A stretch of 64,000 nucleotides of DNA from Felis catus (lineage: Eukaryota). Shown piece by piece: positions 1 through 14,152 of this stretch (position 1 is its first letter; each line of letters begins with the position of its first letter). A program made the position numbers and the translations under genes. The notes under the pieces are model-generated. The model did no database searches. It was given only the letters and a program-made list of their open reading frames with translations, and was not told where the DNA came from. Location: NCBI RefSeq assembly GCF_018350175.1, contig NC_058368.1:33978001-34042000 (forward strand), given 5' to 3'.

Positions 1-1061
1 ACTAAGCAGAAGTTTGCTTGTGCTTCCTTGCTACTGCAGAAGTACAAGTTCAATATTTTTAAGGTAAAGGAAAAAAAAGGACCAAAATACAGATGCAAAA
101 CTGTGACTGTGTGGGTGGCCTCTTTCACTTGTATGCACAAAGTTCTTCCAGTGATAGACTGTAAAATTGGTTTCAGATAGTGTTTGAGAGAATCTATTGA
201 TATACATGTGACACACTTCTATCTGTTCTGGTCCTACTGACATTCTGATTACTAGTATTTGTCGGCCTTCCCCTGGATCTATTCCAGGCAGTTTTATTGT
301 AGTGAAATGGCTCTTACAGTTCATTGAACATCTAGCATAACTGTGCTGAATATGATTGGCGCGTTTGCATATATTTATTCAAAAAATAAGGCAGTTAAAC
401 AGCATAATTATGGGAAAATGAATCATAACAATAAAAGACCATTTAAGTTAACAAGCTTTGTGATCAAAGGATAAATACAGGTTGGATAAATGAGACTTTA
501 GATGTAACTAATCTACATAAATAGACTTTGGTTTGATTAGAGGAATAGAATATATTAAAATAATTTAATGGTATTAAAATGCATTTTTAAGCCATTTTGA
601 AATATTTAAACACTTGTGTTCTTTTCTTTATGTTTCTGTTCAATAATATAGTCAAGAACCATAGTTATGTTAGATGCAAAATGAGCAAGATGCAGATAAA
701 AGTAATCATGTAAGCCTGTATGAACAATATTTAATATTTTTTAAACATGTAATGTTTCTGATTGATTTTTAATTAGTGGAACACATTAAAGGGACTATAT
801 AAAGGACAATTTCTTATTTACTCTCTTTATCAGCTAAAAGCAGCCTTTGTAGAATTTAATAGTGAGAGCATTAAAACTCTATTTAAAGTTTTCAAAGCTA
901 TGCCTTCGTGTTTTGTAAATATATACTGTTTTTAAGAGACATTGGTTACATGTTTGTAAATTATATTAATACATACTGTAGATAATGAGTTTATAGTCAG
1001 AAAAGCTCATATATATATATATTAAATAACAGATTAAACTTACAATGTGACTTTTTAAAAA

Positions 1062-1270
1062 GTTTTTATTTATTTATTTTGAAAGAGAGAGAGAGAGAAC
1101 GAGTGGGGGAGGGGTAGAAAGAGAGGGAGAGAGAGAGAATCTCAAGCAGGCCCTGTGCTGTCAGCATGGAGCCCAATGCAGGGTTCAGTATCATGAACCC
1201 AACCATAAGATCATGACCTGAGCCAAAGTCAAGAGTCAGATGCTTAACCAACTGAGCCACCCAAGTATCC
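1062..1270 (-). mobile_element. CAN-SINE
   Basis: Reverse complement of tRNA-like head (…actgagccacccaagtatcc), (GA)n and T-rich tail. Confidence 0.9.
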
Positions 1271-2803
1271 TTAAATAAGTTCTTTCTAACAAGTATGGTT
1301 CTTTAGATATATTTTCTTCAGAAAGATATATTCTTTCTTCTTGGCGATGACTTTTAAAAAATGTGATTTACACATAAGTCATCAATTGGTATACCTCTTT
1401 CCAGTATTTCTTCCTGAATCTTTAATAATCATTGCTGAGCAATGATTAGATTACAGTTATACCTAGACTTTCCATGCCCTCACATTCAATAAAACCCAAG
1501 TTGAAATGTACACATATTTCCTAAATGCCAATGGCTTACTTTTATGAAGCAGAAATGCAACAGGTATTTTATTGTAGGCAGAAATGGTCACAGTGGTTTA
1601 AATGTCTTTCTTATTTCTATAGCCCAATTTTACACTATCAATGTCTTAGATAAATTCTTAAATATTTATTTGCAGTATGAACACTTGCATCAGTTTTGAA
1701 ATGATAGTTTTTGCCCTCAAGATATGTTAGTTTTCAATTCACCGACCCCAGTATAAATGCCTTGCTTAAAGCTGTTTATTTTATTTTTCACACAGCATAT
1801 TTTATCAGAGTATACTGAGATTGTTTTGTGATTGAACATTCAATAGATTTTTTTGCTATTTCACCAGAGCAATTCCATATGCAAAACTGATACTTATACA
1901 AGAAATTCACCTATGATTACCATGCGAAGCATTATGTTACCAGAGTGTAAACTGGCCAGCATGTGCTTTTTGCCAATATCTCCGTTTCAGTAGATGAAAT
2001 CACGATAAGGAAATAGAATGTTTGAGACATAACATACTTAAAATCTCAGCAAAATTTACTAAGAAAAAAACATTTTTTCTTTTAGTATTTGGAGAAAAAA
2101 GGGAGTTAGCTCCAAAAGGTGATATTTTCCAGCTCAAGCCTGATTATTACTTAATGATACATCTTTATAGAAATATTTGTCGTCGAAACTTTCCAAACAA
2201 CCTTAAAAATAATTTGATTTCCATGGTTCCTCAGCAAAATCCAGGATATTGTCTAAATATTGGTGAATTCTATTGTGGTGTCTTCTTGGGGCACAAAGTC
2301 TTGCTTTCTATTTCACTTTTGCAGTTTTGCATCTATTTTAAAGTAGTTTATCCCAAATCAACTTATTGCATTAAGAAGGTGAATAAGAAGATCTATAAGT
2401 CATGAAAAATAAGCAAGAAATCAATCATTTATCTTTATTATCATTATCATTAAAATAGAATTAAAGGTTACATAGAATTTATATAATTTCTATAAAATCT
2501 ATAATTTATATAATTTCAAGGCAAGATACTTGATTGCTTTATTTTTATTATTATTTTAAGCTTTGTGTGACCTGCTGTCACATTAATGAATTTGTGTTTT
2601 GTTTTAAGCCAGTGCCTAATCTCTTATTTTAATCTTAGTTGATTTAATAAGAATTTTCTGATTAAGAAAGTTTGGCGATACACTTGACAATTGACTCTTA
2701 CTTGGCACGGTATGCCTGGTTTGCAATTGAAAAAAAAAAAAAAAAACAATGATAATATGTTGGTACTAATGCATGAATTGTTGTAGAGTAAGAAGATTAT
2801 CGA

Positions 2804-2855
2804 GTGTGTGTGTGTGTGTGTGCGTGTGTGTGTGCGCGCGTGTGTGCCTGTGTGT
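2804..2855. repeat. (TG)n/(CG) microsatellite
   Basis: gtgtgtgt…gcgcgcgtgtg. Confidence 0.95.
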
Positions 2856-4390
2856 ATGAAAAATATCATTTTAATACAACACATAGATTGAAATAAAAAG
2901 TCTATAACTTTGCACTTTTAGTATTGGCAGATGCATTGATAATTGTAATTATTAGCTACGTTTCCATATCCTGACCTTCTAGGAAAGCTAGTATTTATCT
3001 CTAGATGATAATAAGACAGGAAATAAGTGAACTATCCTATTAAATCCCAGTCGGAGGAATTTGTAAGGGTTATTGGCAAGAGGCTATTCTACAGTGTGGC
3101 CCTGATCAGATGTGCCAGTAACAACAAATGAGGCTATATGCCTAAGTGGAGAGAAACTAAAAGAACTAAAAGACAGTGAATGCATTTAAGAATTTTTTTT
3201 TTCTGATTTTGAGCAATAGACTTTTTACGATTTTTTTTTTTATAATCAAGACAATTACATAGTAATTTGGGTTAGAATGCATGCCTAGTTCCCCATCTCA
3301 AAACCCAATTTGTTACCACCTGTGGCTATTTCTATTAAAAAAAAGAAAGAAACATAATTACTATGAGTCTCAGCAGTCTTAGAGTAAATTTTTGCAATTA
3401 CAATACCTCCCTCGGGCAGATGTGTGAAAATGGCAGATTAATTCCTGCCAGGATCTTTCTGTTCCTCCTGCATTTTTAGGTTTGGTGTTACCTGCTTATT
3501 AGAGCGGCTCTGTTTGCTCTGGTTAAAGGTTATGTCAGTGTTTCCATAGTAAATCTCTAGAAATAAAGATCCACAAGTCAGCCATTAAATTTTGCCTTAG
3601 GTGAAAAGTTGACATGTAACGTTTCAGCGAAGGGGTAGAAAATATTTTCCATCACACTCCTCTGTTGGCTGGTTAAGTTTGAAGTAAATGGTAGTAAGAC
3701 CATTTGGCAGTGTTGGAGAAAGCAGGACAGGTCGGGAGGTAAAAAGAAAAGCACCTTCTTTGAACTATAAAATACTATGTAATCAGCAGAAGTCAACGAA
3801 AATATTTTTCTTCTATGCTTGATCCTAAAGCTACTTAATGCATAAGAGAAACTGGAAGACTAACAGATTTAACACCCTACCTATTTACATTCATTCCTTC
3901 TTTGGTTTTTTATGTAAACTTTGTTTCTATAAAGATCTAATTGATCTACACACAAAATGATGAATATTAGTAAGTCTAAACAGTTTTAAAACTCTGGTTC
4001 AGTGTTATAACTCTCTCTTAGCAAAGCTAATTTATCACAAAGCGACTTAAATAGCAGAATATTGGAAGACAGAGACCATATACGTTTGCTTGTTTCTGTA
4101 GTTGGGAGAACCTAAGATGGTTTCTAATACATAGAAAGCACTTAAAAAATACGGATTCTTGGTAATCCTATAATCATTAATCAGTCATGAGCTGGAGTTT
4201 AGATTCAAACCTAGAAATGAGGGAGGCCAAAGTTGAAGATATTATTCATATAAACATGCTGGTAAACAATTTATTTGAAGGTGGCATGTTTTGATAATTT
4301 TATGTATAATTTTTACCTTTGTAATAACTACAATGAAAATTCCTATACATAGATTCTATTGATAGTGACATAAGTTCTGAATTTGTTTGT

Positions 4391-4562
4391 ATCTCTCTCT
4401 TTCTCTGTCTCTCTCTCTCTCGAAATATATATATAACACACACATATATATGTGTATATATAAGTGCATTAATATATTTGTTCTTGATGTACAGTATATG
4501 ATATACATATATACAGTATATAGATATACAGTATATAGATATATAGTATATAGATGTATATC
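4391..4562. repeat. (TC)n plus compound TATATAGA/TATACAG simple repeats
   Basis: Seen directly. Confidence 0.85.
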
Positions 4563-6334
4563 AAGAACAAATGCTGTTGGTAAGAGCATATCTTTTATCT
4601 TTTGTCCTATTCCTTGAAGTGCTTTATACAGTATTAAAACCACACAATTCAAATATTACGTCTCTTTGTTAAGGCTTTAAGAATCACACAGCTCTAGCAA
4701 ATTATTAAGTAACTAATGTGATCCTTTTTTCTATATGACATTTTTAATGAAATGAAATTATAAGCCATAAATAGTAATGTGGGGATTACATTTATTTGTA
4801 TTTGTTAATATATAATTTCATGATTTAATCACTTTGGTACCAACCAGTTGCCATCTGATATTGCAAAAAGAAAATCACCATGGGCAATTATCAATGTGTA
4901 TAATAATAATAATAACCCAACTACAAAATTTTTCTCAAAATCTCAGAATCTATTTCATGTAGGTGGTATGAAATTTCTATGCATATACTGAGGAAGCATA
5001 AGCTAAGCATTCATGTAAACAGTATGCTACCCATTTCATTATTGTTATTTAAAATATGTAACCTGCAGAGCTGTTCAATATATAATTATCATTTCAATTA
5101 ATAAATAAAAAATAATTAAAAAGCTCTTAATTAAAATAATTTACTACTTTTAAGCTGTTTTAGGACTTACTTATTATTTTATCTGAATTTTAAACTTTAA
5201 CTGCAAAATCTTTATCAAACAATAAGAAGGTTTGATAGAATAAAGCCTTCAAGCAGAATGAGCTTTCAAACCATATTAAAAATTTAATTATCCCCACTAG
5301 CCAGATAGTTGGGATACAAAATTAAAGAAAAAAATAATAGGAAGGAGCAGAGAAATGACATTTAAAAAGTTTAGGATTCATTGTCAATTACCATTCGAAA
5401 AGAGGAGAAAACTTTCTGAGAGATTATAGTGTTAAATATCATATAAGATACACCAACGAATAATAAGTTTTCAGAGGGGACATTTATATCTACAATTACC
5501 CAAACATTATAGTTTGAGCCCATCTGTAAATTTACTCTGGAATATTTGGCATGTTGGGGAAAGAAGGCGTAGCGACAGTGGGTGCTGCTTTCTCCCGACC
5601 GGATGCCAGTCTGGGTCTTGCTGTCCTGTTACTAAGAGAAGTCTGAGAACCAGGAGCAGATCAGTAAATGGGAAACTGGGCCTGTAATGTTCCATAATCT
5701 CTCTGACTTTTACTCATTTCTTTGTATTTTTTCTTGAACTATCACACATGCTTTCTTTTAAGGAATACAGTTTAGAAATCTACTAGAAATGTGACTTCTA
5801 AACAATACTGGTAAAATGGGAACGTCCTACAGGTTCACCAGGTTTCATGCATTTTTGTTAGTCTTCACATGAAACCATATGATCTGAAAACACATATCAT
5901 TTGTTTAAAAATTCCAAAAAGTTGTTTGAATATTTGGAAAGTATCATCAAAACATATAATTTGAAACAAAAGAAAAGGAATTGTTACATATGCCTTACTC
6001 ACATGACTCGTTCTGATTCTTTTCTTCTTATTCTTGCCATCTGGTCTCTTTTCTGTGATATCCATTCTGAAAATATATTTTTACAGGGATACCTTAGGAA
6101 CCTTGTATATTTACATCGAATGTAAATATTTTTAAAGAACTCAGATATATATATTCAGACCTGCGGTGCCTAGAGTTGATTCCTATAGTGGAGCAATATA
6201 GGAATGGGTCGGATTAAAATGGGTTGGATTCAACAATATTATGTTTAACATTATTAAAATGCATTTAATAAATGAGAAACTTTTGTTGGTTAGTTAAAAT
6301 AAAAAGCTTCTTGGATTCCCTTTCTTCTAGATTT

Positions 6335-6541
6335 CTTTTTTATAAATGTTTTTATTTATTTTTGAGAGATAGAGCATGAGTTGGGGAGGCACAGAGAGAG
6401 AGGGAGGCACAGAATCTGAAGCAGGCTCCAGGATCTGAGTGGTCAGTACAGAGCTCAATGCTGGGCTCGAAATTGTGAACTGCGAGATTGTGACCTGGGC
6501 CGAAGTCGGACACCCAACCAACTGAGCCACCCAGGCCCCCC
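6335..6541 (-). mobile_element. CAN-SINE (SINEC_Fc-like)
   Basis: Full body. TSD cctttcttctagattt (6319-6334) / cctttgttctagattt (6543-6558). Confidence 0.93.
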
Positions 6542-6575
6542 TCCTTTGTTCTAGATTTAAAAACATAAAATATTA

Positions 6576-6795
6576 GGGGCACCTGGGTGGCTCAGTGGGT
6601 GGAGCACTGGACTCTTGATTTCAGGTCAGGTCATGATCTCATGGTTTGTGGATTCAAGCCCCATGTTGATCTTTGCTGGAAGCACAGAGCCTGCTTGGAA
6701 TTCTCTCTCTCCCTTTCTCTCTCTCCTCCCCGTTCACTCTCTATCTCTCTCTCTCACACACAAAATAAATAAATAAACATGAAAAAATATTTTAA
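6576..6795 (+). mobile_element. CAN-SINE
   Basis: ggggcacctgggtggctcagt head, (CT)n, aaataaataaa tail. Confidence 0.93.
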
Positions 6796-6947
6796 AAAGA
6801 TGAAATATTGGTTTTCTTTTTTATAAAAGTAATTAAATAAACCTTTCCGTAATTCCTTCTTTTTGTTCTTCATGCAAAAATGTGCTCTATTGAGATATAG
6901 TAGAGATAAAATCCTCCATCTACAATTCCTGAAAACAGAACATTTAA

Positions 6948-7050
6948 TTTTTTTTTTTTTAAGTAAACTCTCTGCCTGACTTAGGACTTGAACTCATGAC
7001 CCCAATATCAAGAGTTGAATGCTTTACCGACTGAGCCAGGCAGGTACCCC
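6948..7050 (-). mobile_element. Short old CAN-SINE (tRNA-like body, no CT tract)
   Basis: T-tail + cttgaactcatgacccc…ctgagccaggcaggtacccc. Confidence 0.85.
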
Positions 7051-10000
7051 TAGACCATTTCATTTTTTTGTCCTCTTGATAAAACTTCCCTCTATATTTA
7101 TTTATGCTTATGCAGGTCAGAGAAATAGACTAATGTATCTGTTTATAGCATAAGGAAAAGAAATTTATAGTTAATCTTATCCAACAAATACCTTATAATT
7201 ATTTTCATTACAAATTTCCCGTTGAGCCTCGGTGGGCTTGGGCTTCATTTTAAGTACTTATCATTTAACTGGAGAAATCAAATCTCCAGGACACATCTGT
7301 TATTTAATGATATTAGAGTTTGGATTTTGTTTGGTGTAAGTGTAGGATTTTGATGGAAAGGCACTAGGGGTGGGAGAGGAAAGGAGCTCTGATTCAATAT
7401 CCCCAGGTAATATGATATGAATAATTGGAAAATGGAGATATCATTTCAGTTGGTTAATTGTAATAAACCTATTATCTTGTTAGAGCATTAAGGTAGAATC
7501 AACATGTTGGGAAACAGATAAAAGGTGCAAGAAAGCATTTAAAATTCAATCATTAGGTTTCATTGCACCCATCTGCTCCCAGGAAATATAATTGGAAATT
7601 CGATTCATTGACCTTTAGCTGCCATTTTGGACCACAGTTTCAAAATCTATGTTTTCAAGTTGGACATTTGAAGTTAATTTGATAAGAGCCATATTCGGTA
7701 CATTTTTAACCCAATTATGTTTTTGAACAAAATTTAGAAAAAATAAAATCAGGCTTAATGTGCTGGTGTATATATGACAGAGTCAGCATAGTTATTTAAT
7801 CCTGGATCTAGTTAAAATAACTGATGTTCAAATTCATTAAGGTTTCAATTAACTAGAGGGACTGCTGAACTTTTTACTGTTATTTTATGCACGAACTCCT
7901 GCTTCTCATTAATTATTCTCTGGGTCCATATTATACTACATTTATACTTACAACATCCAATTATGCTAAAATTACGTACCATGGTATTAAAAAAAAGCAA
8001 TATATAGTATTTCAGGTGGTTATCCTGAATTTAAAAAAAATTTTCCTCCCCCTCACTCCCTCTTGGCAACATAAGTATGACAGCACAGAATCTTCCCCGA
8101 ATATTGCCTACGTCCTCATTCAGAAGAGTTACATGATGAAATTATATGCATAACACGAGAGATACATTATGTAAATTGACCATCATTTCTTGTCAGCATT
8201 TGTGTACTGCTCTGCTCGCTGAAGTTCATGTAACTTGGAAAAGAGTCATGATTAGACAGGTGTTTCTTCAGCCTATGAGATCAAGTTTCTGAAATATTTA
8301 TATGGTGGCGAGCCAGATGTACACAGATTAACCTTATAATCCCATTTCACAGCTTTTCCAAATACTTGGAAACTTGTTAAGTATGAAGCTGATTATTCTG
8401 GCAGCGTATCTCCATTAATAGGATTCAGATCTTCCTTGTTTACAAGCCAATGCTGCTAATATGATCTAGTATATTAAATCAACAGAGAAACAGAAAAAGT
8501 AGAATCCATCCAAGGGCTAATTGACAGGGAAGTCTTTTCTAAAGCTTTTTAATGTGTTTTTTATTGACTTCATAATAACAGAACACACGTAGCGCAGGCG
8601 AATGATGTAACTGGGCTACTATGCTGCTATCATTTGGGATGAAGTAGTTATTTATCAGATTCTTCATGCTTCTATTGTAATGTTGATATAAGCCACATAA
8701 GACCGTGCATCTGCCCTTTACAAATATTACCTTCAACATCATCTCGATTGGAAGGCTTACTGTCATTCGACGTGTGAAATTATTTTAAATGCGCTCATCT
8801 TTTTTTTAATGAATAGAGGAAACACGGAGTAATGTAATAGTATGTCATGATTTTCATTATGCTTATTTATTGGTTCTGCAATAATAGACGGAGACTTTAT
8901 TGTTACACATTCAGCTTGAGCCATTTATGCACAGTGCTAGTAGGTGCACCATTTCATATTGTTATGTTCTGTCCTCTCAAGAAAAGAGGTATCAGGAACC
9001 TTAAATCAAATTAGACTACAGGAAGAGTTTTATACTTTGTCTTTTTTATATTAAGTGTATAGCTTTTATAAACTACCTCACTCTGCTTGAATAAACTCAT
9101 GCTCCTTCAGAGACAGGAAAAACCTATTTTTCAAACTATGTATGACAGCCTGATTCCATTTTCAGAAGAAGGAAGGAGAATGCAGGCCCTCAGCAAAGAG
9201 AAGAATTCTTCCACTTTTTTACTTCTTTGGGGGACAAATTATCTACTTTGTGTTTCATATTTATACATAATATGTCTAGTGCACGTAAAAGAAGAAGACA
9301 TAATATTTCTTTAAACCTAGGATTAAGTGACCCTTAAAGAATAGTTTTTCAAGGACAATTGAAATGTAAATATATGAGAGTTGGGGGCCCTTGAATTTTT
9401 GGCTCCGTGACAGATATCCTAAAGGTGAAGCTACTCCACTGAGACTGTGCCTCTGGACCTGTGTAGTTGAGAGTCAGGCACCGCTAGTGTATTGCCTTTT
9501 GGATTTCAACTACTCTAACATTGAACTGGGAGTTTGTAGTCAGCCTCCAGGGATGAATTGGCTACATTTGACTGCAGGGCCACTTACTCCTTTCCTATTT
9601 GATTTGTACCAAGTCAATAGTTTCCCTAGAAGAGATTTTACTCTCAGGAATAACAGCAACTATTCCAAAACTCTTCTATGCAAGAAGATCCACGTTTTTG
9701 CATTTAAAATAACTTCAGGTTTTCGGTCCAGTATGTGTGTCTTTGAGTTTCTCTCTTTCTTGTTTTTCCCAAAGTTAAATGACTATATTTTTTTTCCTAA
9801 TTTTAAGAGGAATTTTTACTGCAAAACTTCCACTAAAAAACCATACCTAAAACAGCACCTGGTGTATAGTAAGAACTCATTACATGTTTGTGGACTGAAA
9901 ATAGAGAAAGTTGCATTTAAAAAGTTATAATTGCTTATAATTTAGTACTCAGAGGTAGTTATTGCTAATCTTTTGCTGTTCAGACCCACAATCCCTTCTG

Positions 10001-10849
10001 TAAATAAAAATCCAAAGAACTTAGATCTGAACTGATTTAAGATTATTTTTAATCTTTACTTGTCCCACTTAGTGTTAATATCAACTTTTTTTTTTTTTTT
10101 TTTTACTGAAGAAATACTAATATGTTTAAATTTGAGGTATTGTATCAGTCTCTGTTGGGATAGGCCATACATGACATGTACAACAAAATGTCATTCTGAG
10201 ATATGGAAGACTTAAGGATTACAAAACATGTCTGAGTGCAAGGATTTTGAATAAGGGATTATAAACCTGTCTATCTTCCCATGCTGTAATGTGCAAACAC
10301 ATGCAGGACACACTAGAGTTTTGTCTAAAAATATAAATGTCTCATACATGATTCCATGTCAACAATGTGGTTTCATATTATCTGAACAATAATGGAATTT
10401 TGGGCCAATTAATGGATAATTCATTTAGTCAGTTCCTCCCTGATTGATGGTTTGATTCTTTACACTGAGATTCAATTCCGAAGGTTCTTGGTCTAAAAAA
10501 AAAAAAAAATTAGCTTTTCTGTCCAGAGTAAGATGCTTAACCTTATTTTTTTTTTTCTGGTTTCTTATTAGGTGTAATAATATTTGTTTCTCATAAAATT
10601 GTCATAAGAATTAAAGATGAAATATGATTATGCATATAAAGGATATGATCAATACTAAATTTTGAATGAATATTAACACATACGATTATTATTGTTAGCA
10701 GTAAATGACGTAACACGTGGAAGCAGATAACTGATATGCAGACATATTCTCCATAAAAATAATATTTCATGTTAGCAATTATGCAAGAGTACAATTTTAA
10801 ACCAGAATACTTACGATTATAAAAAAGTAATTTTATTAGAATGCTAATT

Positions 10850-11109
10850 AATTTTTATTTTTTTAATATTTAATATTAAATATTTATGTAATAGTTAATA
10901 TTTATTTTTATTTTTTAACATTTTTTATTTATTTTGAGACAGAGAGAGACAGAGCATGAACGGGGGAGGGTCAGACACAGAATCCGAAGCAGGCTTCAGG
11001 CTCCCAAAGGTCAGCACAGAGCCTCACGCGGGGCTCAAATTCATGGACCGTGAGAACGTGACCTGAGCCGAAGTCTGACTCTTAACAGACTGAGCCACCC
11101 AGGCGCCCC
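10850..11109 (-). mobile_element. CAN-SINE (SINEC_Fc-like) with long degenerate AT tail
   Basis: TSD gaatgctaatt at 10839-10849 and 11110-11120. Confidence 0.92.
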
Positions 11110-11185
11110 GAATGCTAATTTATTTTATTCCAAATTTCAGTTTATACCTCTTTAAACCAGGATTGGTTACTTTGTTCTAAATGCT

Positions 11186-11391
11186 TTTTTTCTTAAAGGT
11201 TATTTATTTATTTTGAGACAGAAAGAGAGCAGGGGAGAGGCAGAAAGAGAGGGAGAGAGAGCGAATCCCAACCAGGCTCCGCACTAATAGCGTGGAGTCT
11301 GATTTGGGGCTCGAACTCACCAACTGTGAGATCATGATCTGAGCTGAAATCAAGAGTCAGACACCTAACTGACTGAGCCACCGAGGCACCC
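11186..11391 (-). mobile_element. CAN-SINE
   Basis: TSD ttgttctaaatgct (11172-11185) / ttgttttaaatgct (11392-11405). Confidence 0.92.
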
Positions 11392-13102
11392 TTGTTTTAA
11401 ATGCTAAATAGACGTTTAAAAAAGTGATCAATTTTTGATAGACTGTCTTGCAAAAAAAATAATTTGCAGATATTTTAAACTTCTTACTTAAACCACCAAA
11501 GTGAACTCTGAAGTGGAAAGATGTTAAGTCTTCCTTCAGAACAGTGCTTTTTATGCAGAAAGAACTTGTGGTAAGTAAAGCTCACCCCAGGTAGAAACTG
11601 AAGAGAAGTTTCCACAAAAGAACTGTTGTAGAGCAATGAATACCAGAGAGTTAGAGACATATGATAACATCTGATTTCATTTACACTTCTTTTCATGTGA
11701 GAAAACTGAAGCACAGAAATATTACTCACATATATACAGCTAGCTAGAAATAGAAAATTAATGTCATGTGACTCATAGTTTAGGGCTTTTGTTTCTATAC
11801 CAGTTGGGATATCATGTTTGGCCTGCATTCCTATGGAGGTATTGATGGAGTATGAAAACATCCTACAGCATGAATAATTGCTACTTTGAGTAGTGAAACT
11901 TAGTTCCTAGAAGGCAGGTCAATTTGGAAAAGAATTCTTTAAGGCTTTCATATATTAAGCTTCACATCTCTGCTGGGACCTATGTACGTACGACACATTG
12001 CCACAAGATCTTTCAAATTGATAGCCAGCAAGTAGTTTCAAGAAGTTCTGTAAGTTGGTCCTATAGAGTGAAAATATTTCCAGATTTTGGAGACTCCAGA
12101 AGCAGATTCTCAGATTCTCAGATTTGATCATAGAACTGGCTTTGATTCTTGTATTTGAACCAAAGCTATCCAGTAGACCTCATTGCTTTCCTCTGTGTTT
12201 ATTATGATTCAGAGCTGAACAATTGCAGGAACAAAGCCATTCGTGGGGGGGGGGGGTGTGACCTGGTATCAGAACTCTGTAGGGAGCATTGATTAACAAG
12301 CATTATTAGAATGAAAGTAATAAATCTGTAAAATACATCAGACAGTGATAAATAGTCTAGAAAGCAAAGCACAATACTCACAAAAGGGAGATGGGTCATA
12401 CAGGACTTGCAGGATTTTATTTGAAAGAGTGTGAGATTTTGAGTCAAAAGAAACTTATTCCTATTACTTACTCATAAAGGGACCTCCAACTAGCCTTTCG
12501 TGAATTCCATAGGCCTCAGTTTCTCCACCCATAAAATAGAAATAATTATAATGGTTCCACTTGGTGAAGTTGAAAGGAAGTTTAGATTTGGAGAGGTTGA
12601 GAAACACAAAATCACCCTGTAAAATATGTAAGGAAGCACAGGAGACAAAGGACCAAGAACGGAAGAGTTCTTTTCTCTGGGAAAGAACAGGTTACTTACT
12701 TTTATTCTAAGTACACTCTAGAGGAACTTGTAATACACTTCAGGAAACTTAATGTGCCTAAGTACATTTTGTTTTCAGGTGTTCCCATGATGGTACTGTT
12801 TGCACAGTTTTAAGTAGTTTGGAATTGAATATAAACATGCTACAAATCACCTAACACTGAAATCCACTTAAAAAATATGAACAATTTTTCAATCAGGCAG
12901 CTTCCAAATGCATACTCTGAGAGAGAAGTCTGTGTCCCACAGAAGATGAAAATAACTTATGTGTTTTCTTGTTTTTTTAAACTATGACCTAATTAAACGT
13001 AGTGTATATGTGAAAATGCCTCATTAGTATTTTATCTACAGGAGTGAGTAGACTAAAAATTTTAATTATAACGTTAAGAGCTGAGACTTAGTTTTTCTAA
13101 GC

Positions 13103-13288
13103 CAAGAGCCTGCAACTTTTCCTATTAAGGATCAGATAGTAAATATTTAGGGTTTGTGGGCCATATAGTTTCCATCAAAACTATTCATCTCTGCCATTGA
13201 AGCATGAAAACAGCCATCGACAACATGTAAATGAAAGGGCATGGCTGAGTTCCAATAAAACTTGATTTTCAAAAACAGATAGTGGGCC
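13103..13288 (+). mobile_element. MER58A-like hAT-Charlie non-autonomous DNA transposon
   Basis: cagatagtaaatatttagggtttgtgggccata…cagccatcgacaa…ggctgagttccaataaaactt follows the MER58A consensus as I recall it. Confidence 0.8.
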
Positions 13289-13989
13289 TTACACCATTTT
13301 TGTAAGGTATGATTAACTGTTAACATTTCTTAATTTCTTTCCGTTTGTGTATTTATAAAAAAAAAAAACAAAAACCAAAAAACCTGTACCATGTAAATTA
13401 CAAATAACCTCTAACAAGATCAAGATATTTGTCTGTTGTTTCAAACTAGATATGGAAGAATGCAGGCCTAGTATCTCATGAAATGATTGTCTGGGTAAGC
13501 CTGCTGCTTTTTCCAGAGGAGAAAAATTCTTAGCACTGAAGTGTCCAAGCAAAGAAAGCTGGGGATACTTGAATTAGGTATTAAGTGTCAGTCTGATAAA
13601 GACTAGAGATATTTCATTTCATTTTGTGCTAATGTTTAATTAAAAATCTGTTAGCATTAGTAAAGACACTTAGCTTTATTTTAATTTCAGGTATGAATAC
13701 CAACCTAAAATAGACTCTTTCCATTGAATCATACATTTTGAATGTGATACTTATTCCTGCATTTCAGAGGGAAAAATGATAAATATTCTAGTAATCTAAT
13801 ACTCATAAATTTGATTAATAATTAATTTCTTCTTCAAACTTAGGAATGCCTTTACTTTGTTAAAGTCATATCTCAGGGCAGATCTTCCAAATTCCCTGTA
13901 TATTATCTCCTAAGTTTTTTTAATTGTACTCTTACATTACTCATTTTGTTTTTCAAATACAATGGATAATTTTTTCTGGAAAATTTAAA

Positions 13990-14152
13990 GTTTATTTATT
14001 TATTTTGAGAGAGAGAAGGAGAGAGAGAGAGAGAGACTGAGAGAATCCCAAGCAGGCTCCTGCTGACACAGGTCTCAGTCTCCCAAATCGTGAGATCATG
14101 ACCTGAGTCGAAATCAAGAGTCAGACACTTAACTGAGACACCCAGGTGCCCC
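13990..14152 (-). mobile_element. CAN-SINE (internally deleted)
   Basis: Tail, (GA)n, gagaatcccaagcaggctcc…cccaggtgcccc. Flanks share gaaaatttaaa. Confidence 0.88.

Noticed and set aside
1066..1260. Recurrent MAQ…DFGSGHDL / PTSAQVMIS ORFs (also 6587, 14364, 14672, 42839, 52994, 62300)
   Set aside because: Translations of CAN-SINE bodies, not a gene family.
9391..9930. Longest ORF in the track (179 aa)
   Set aside because: TTG start, no recognisable domain, no clear splice framing; compatible with chance in 64 kb.
12245..12256. G12 run as a G-quadruplex
   Set aside because: Too short for a three-tier intramolecular G4 on its own; a simple homopolymer.
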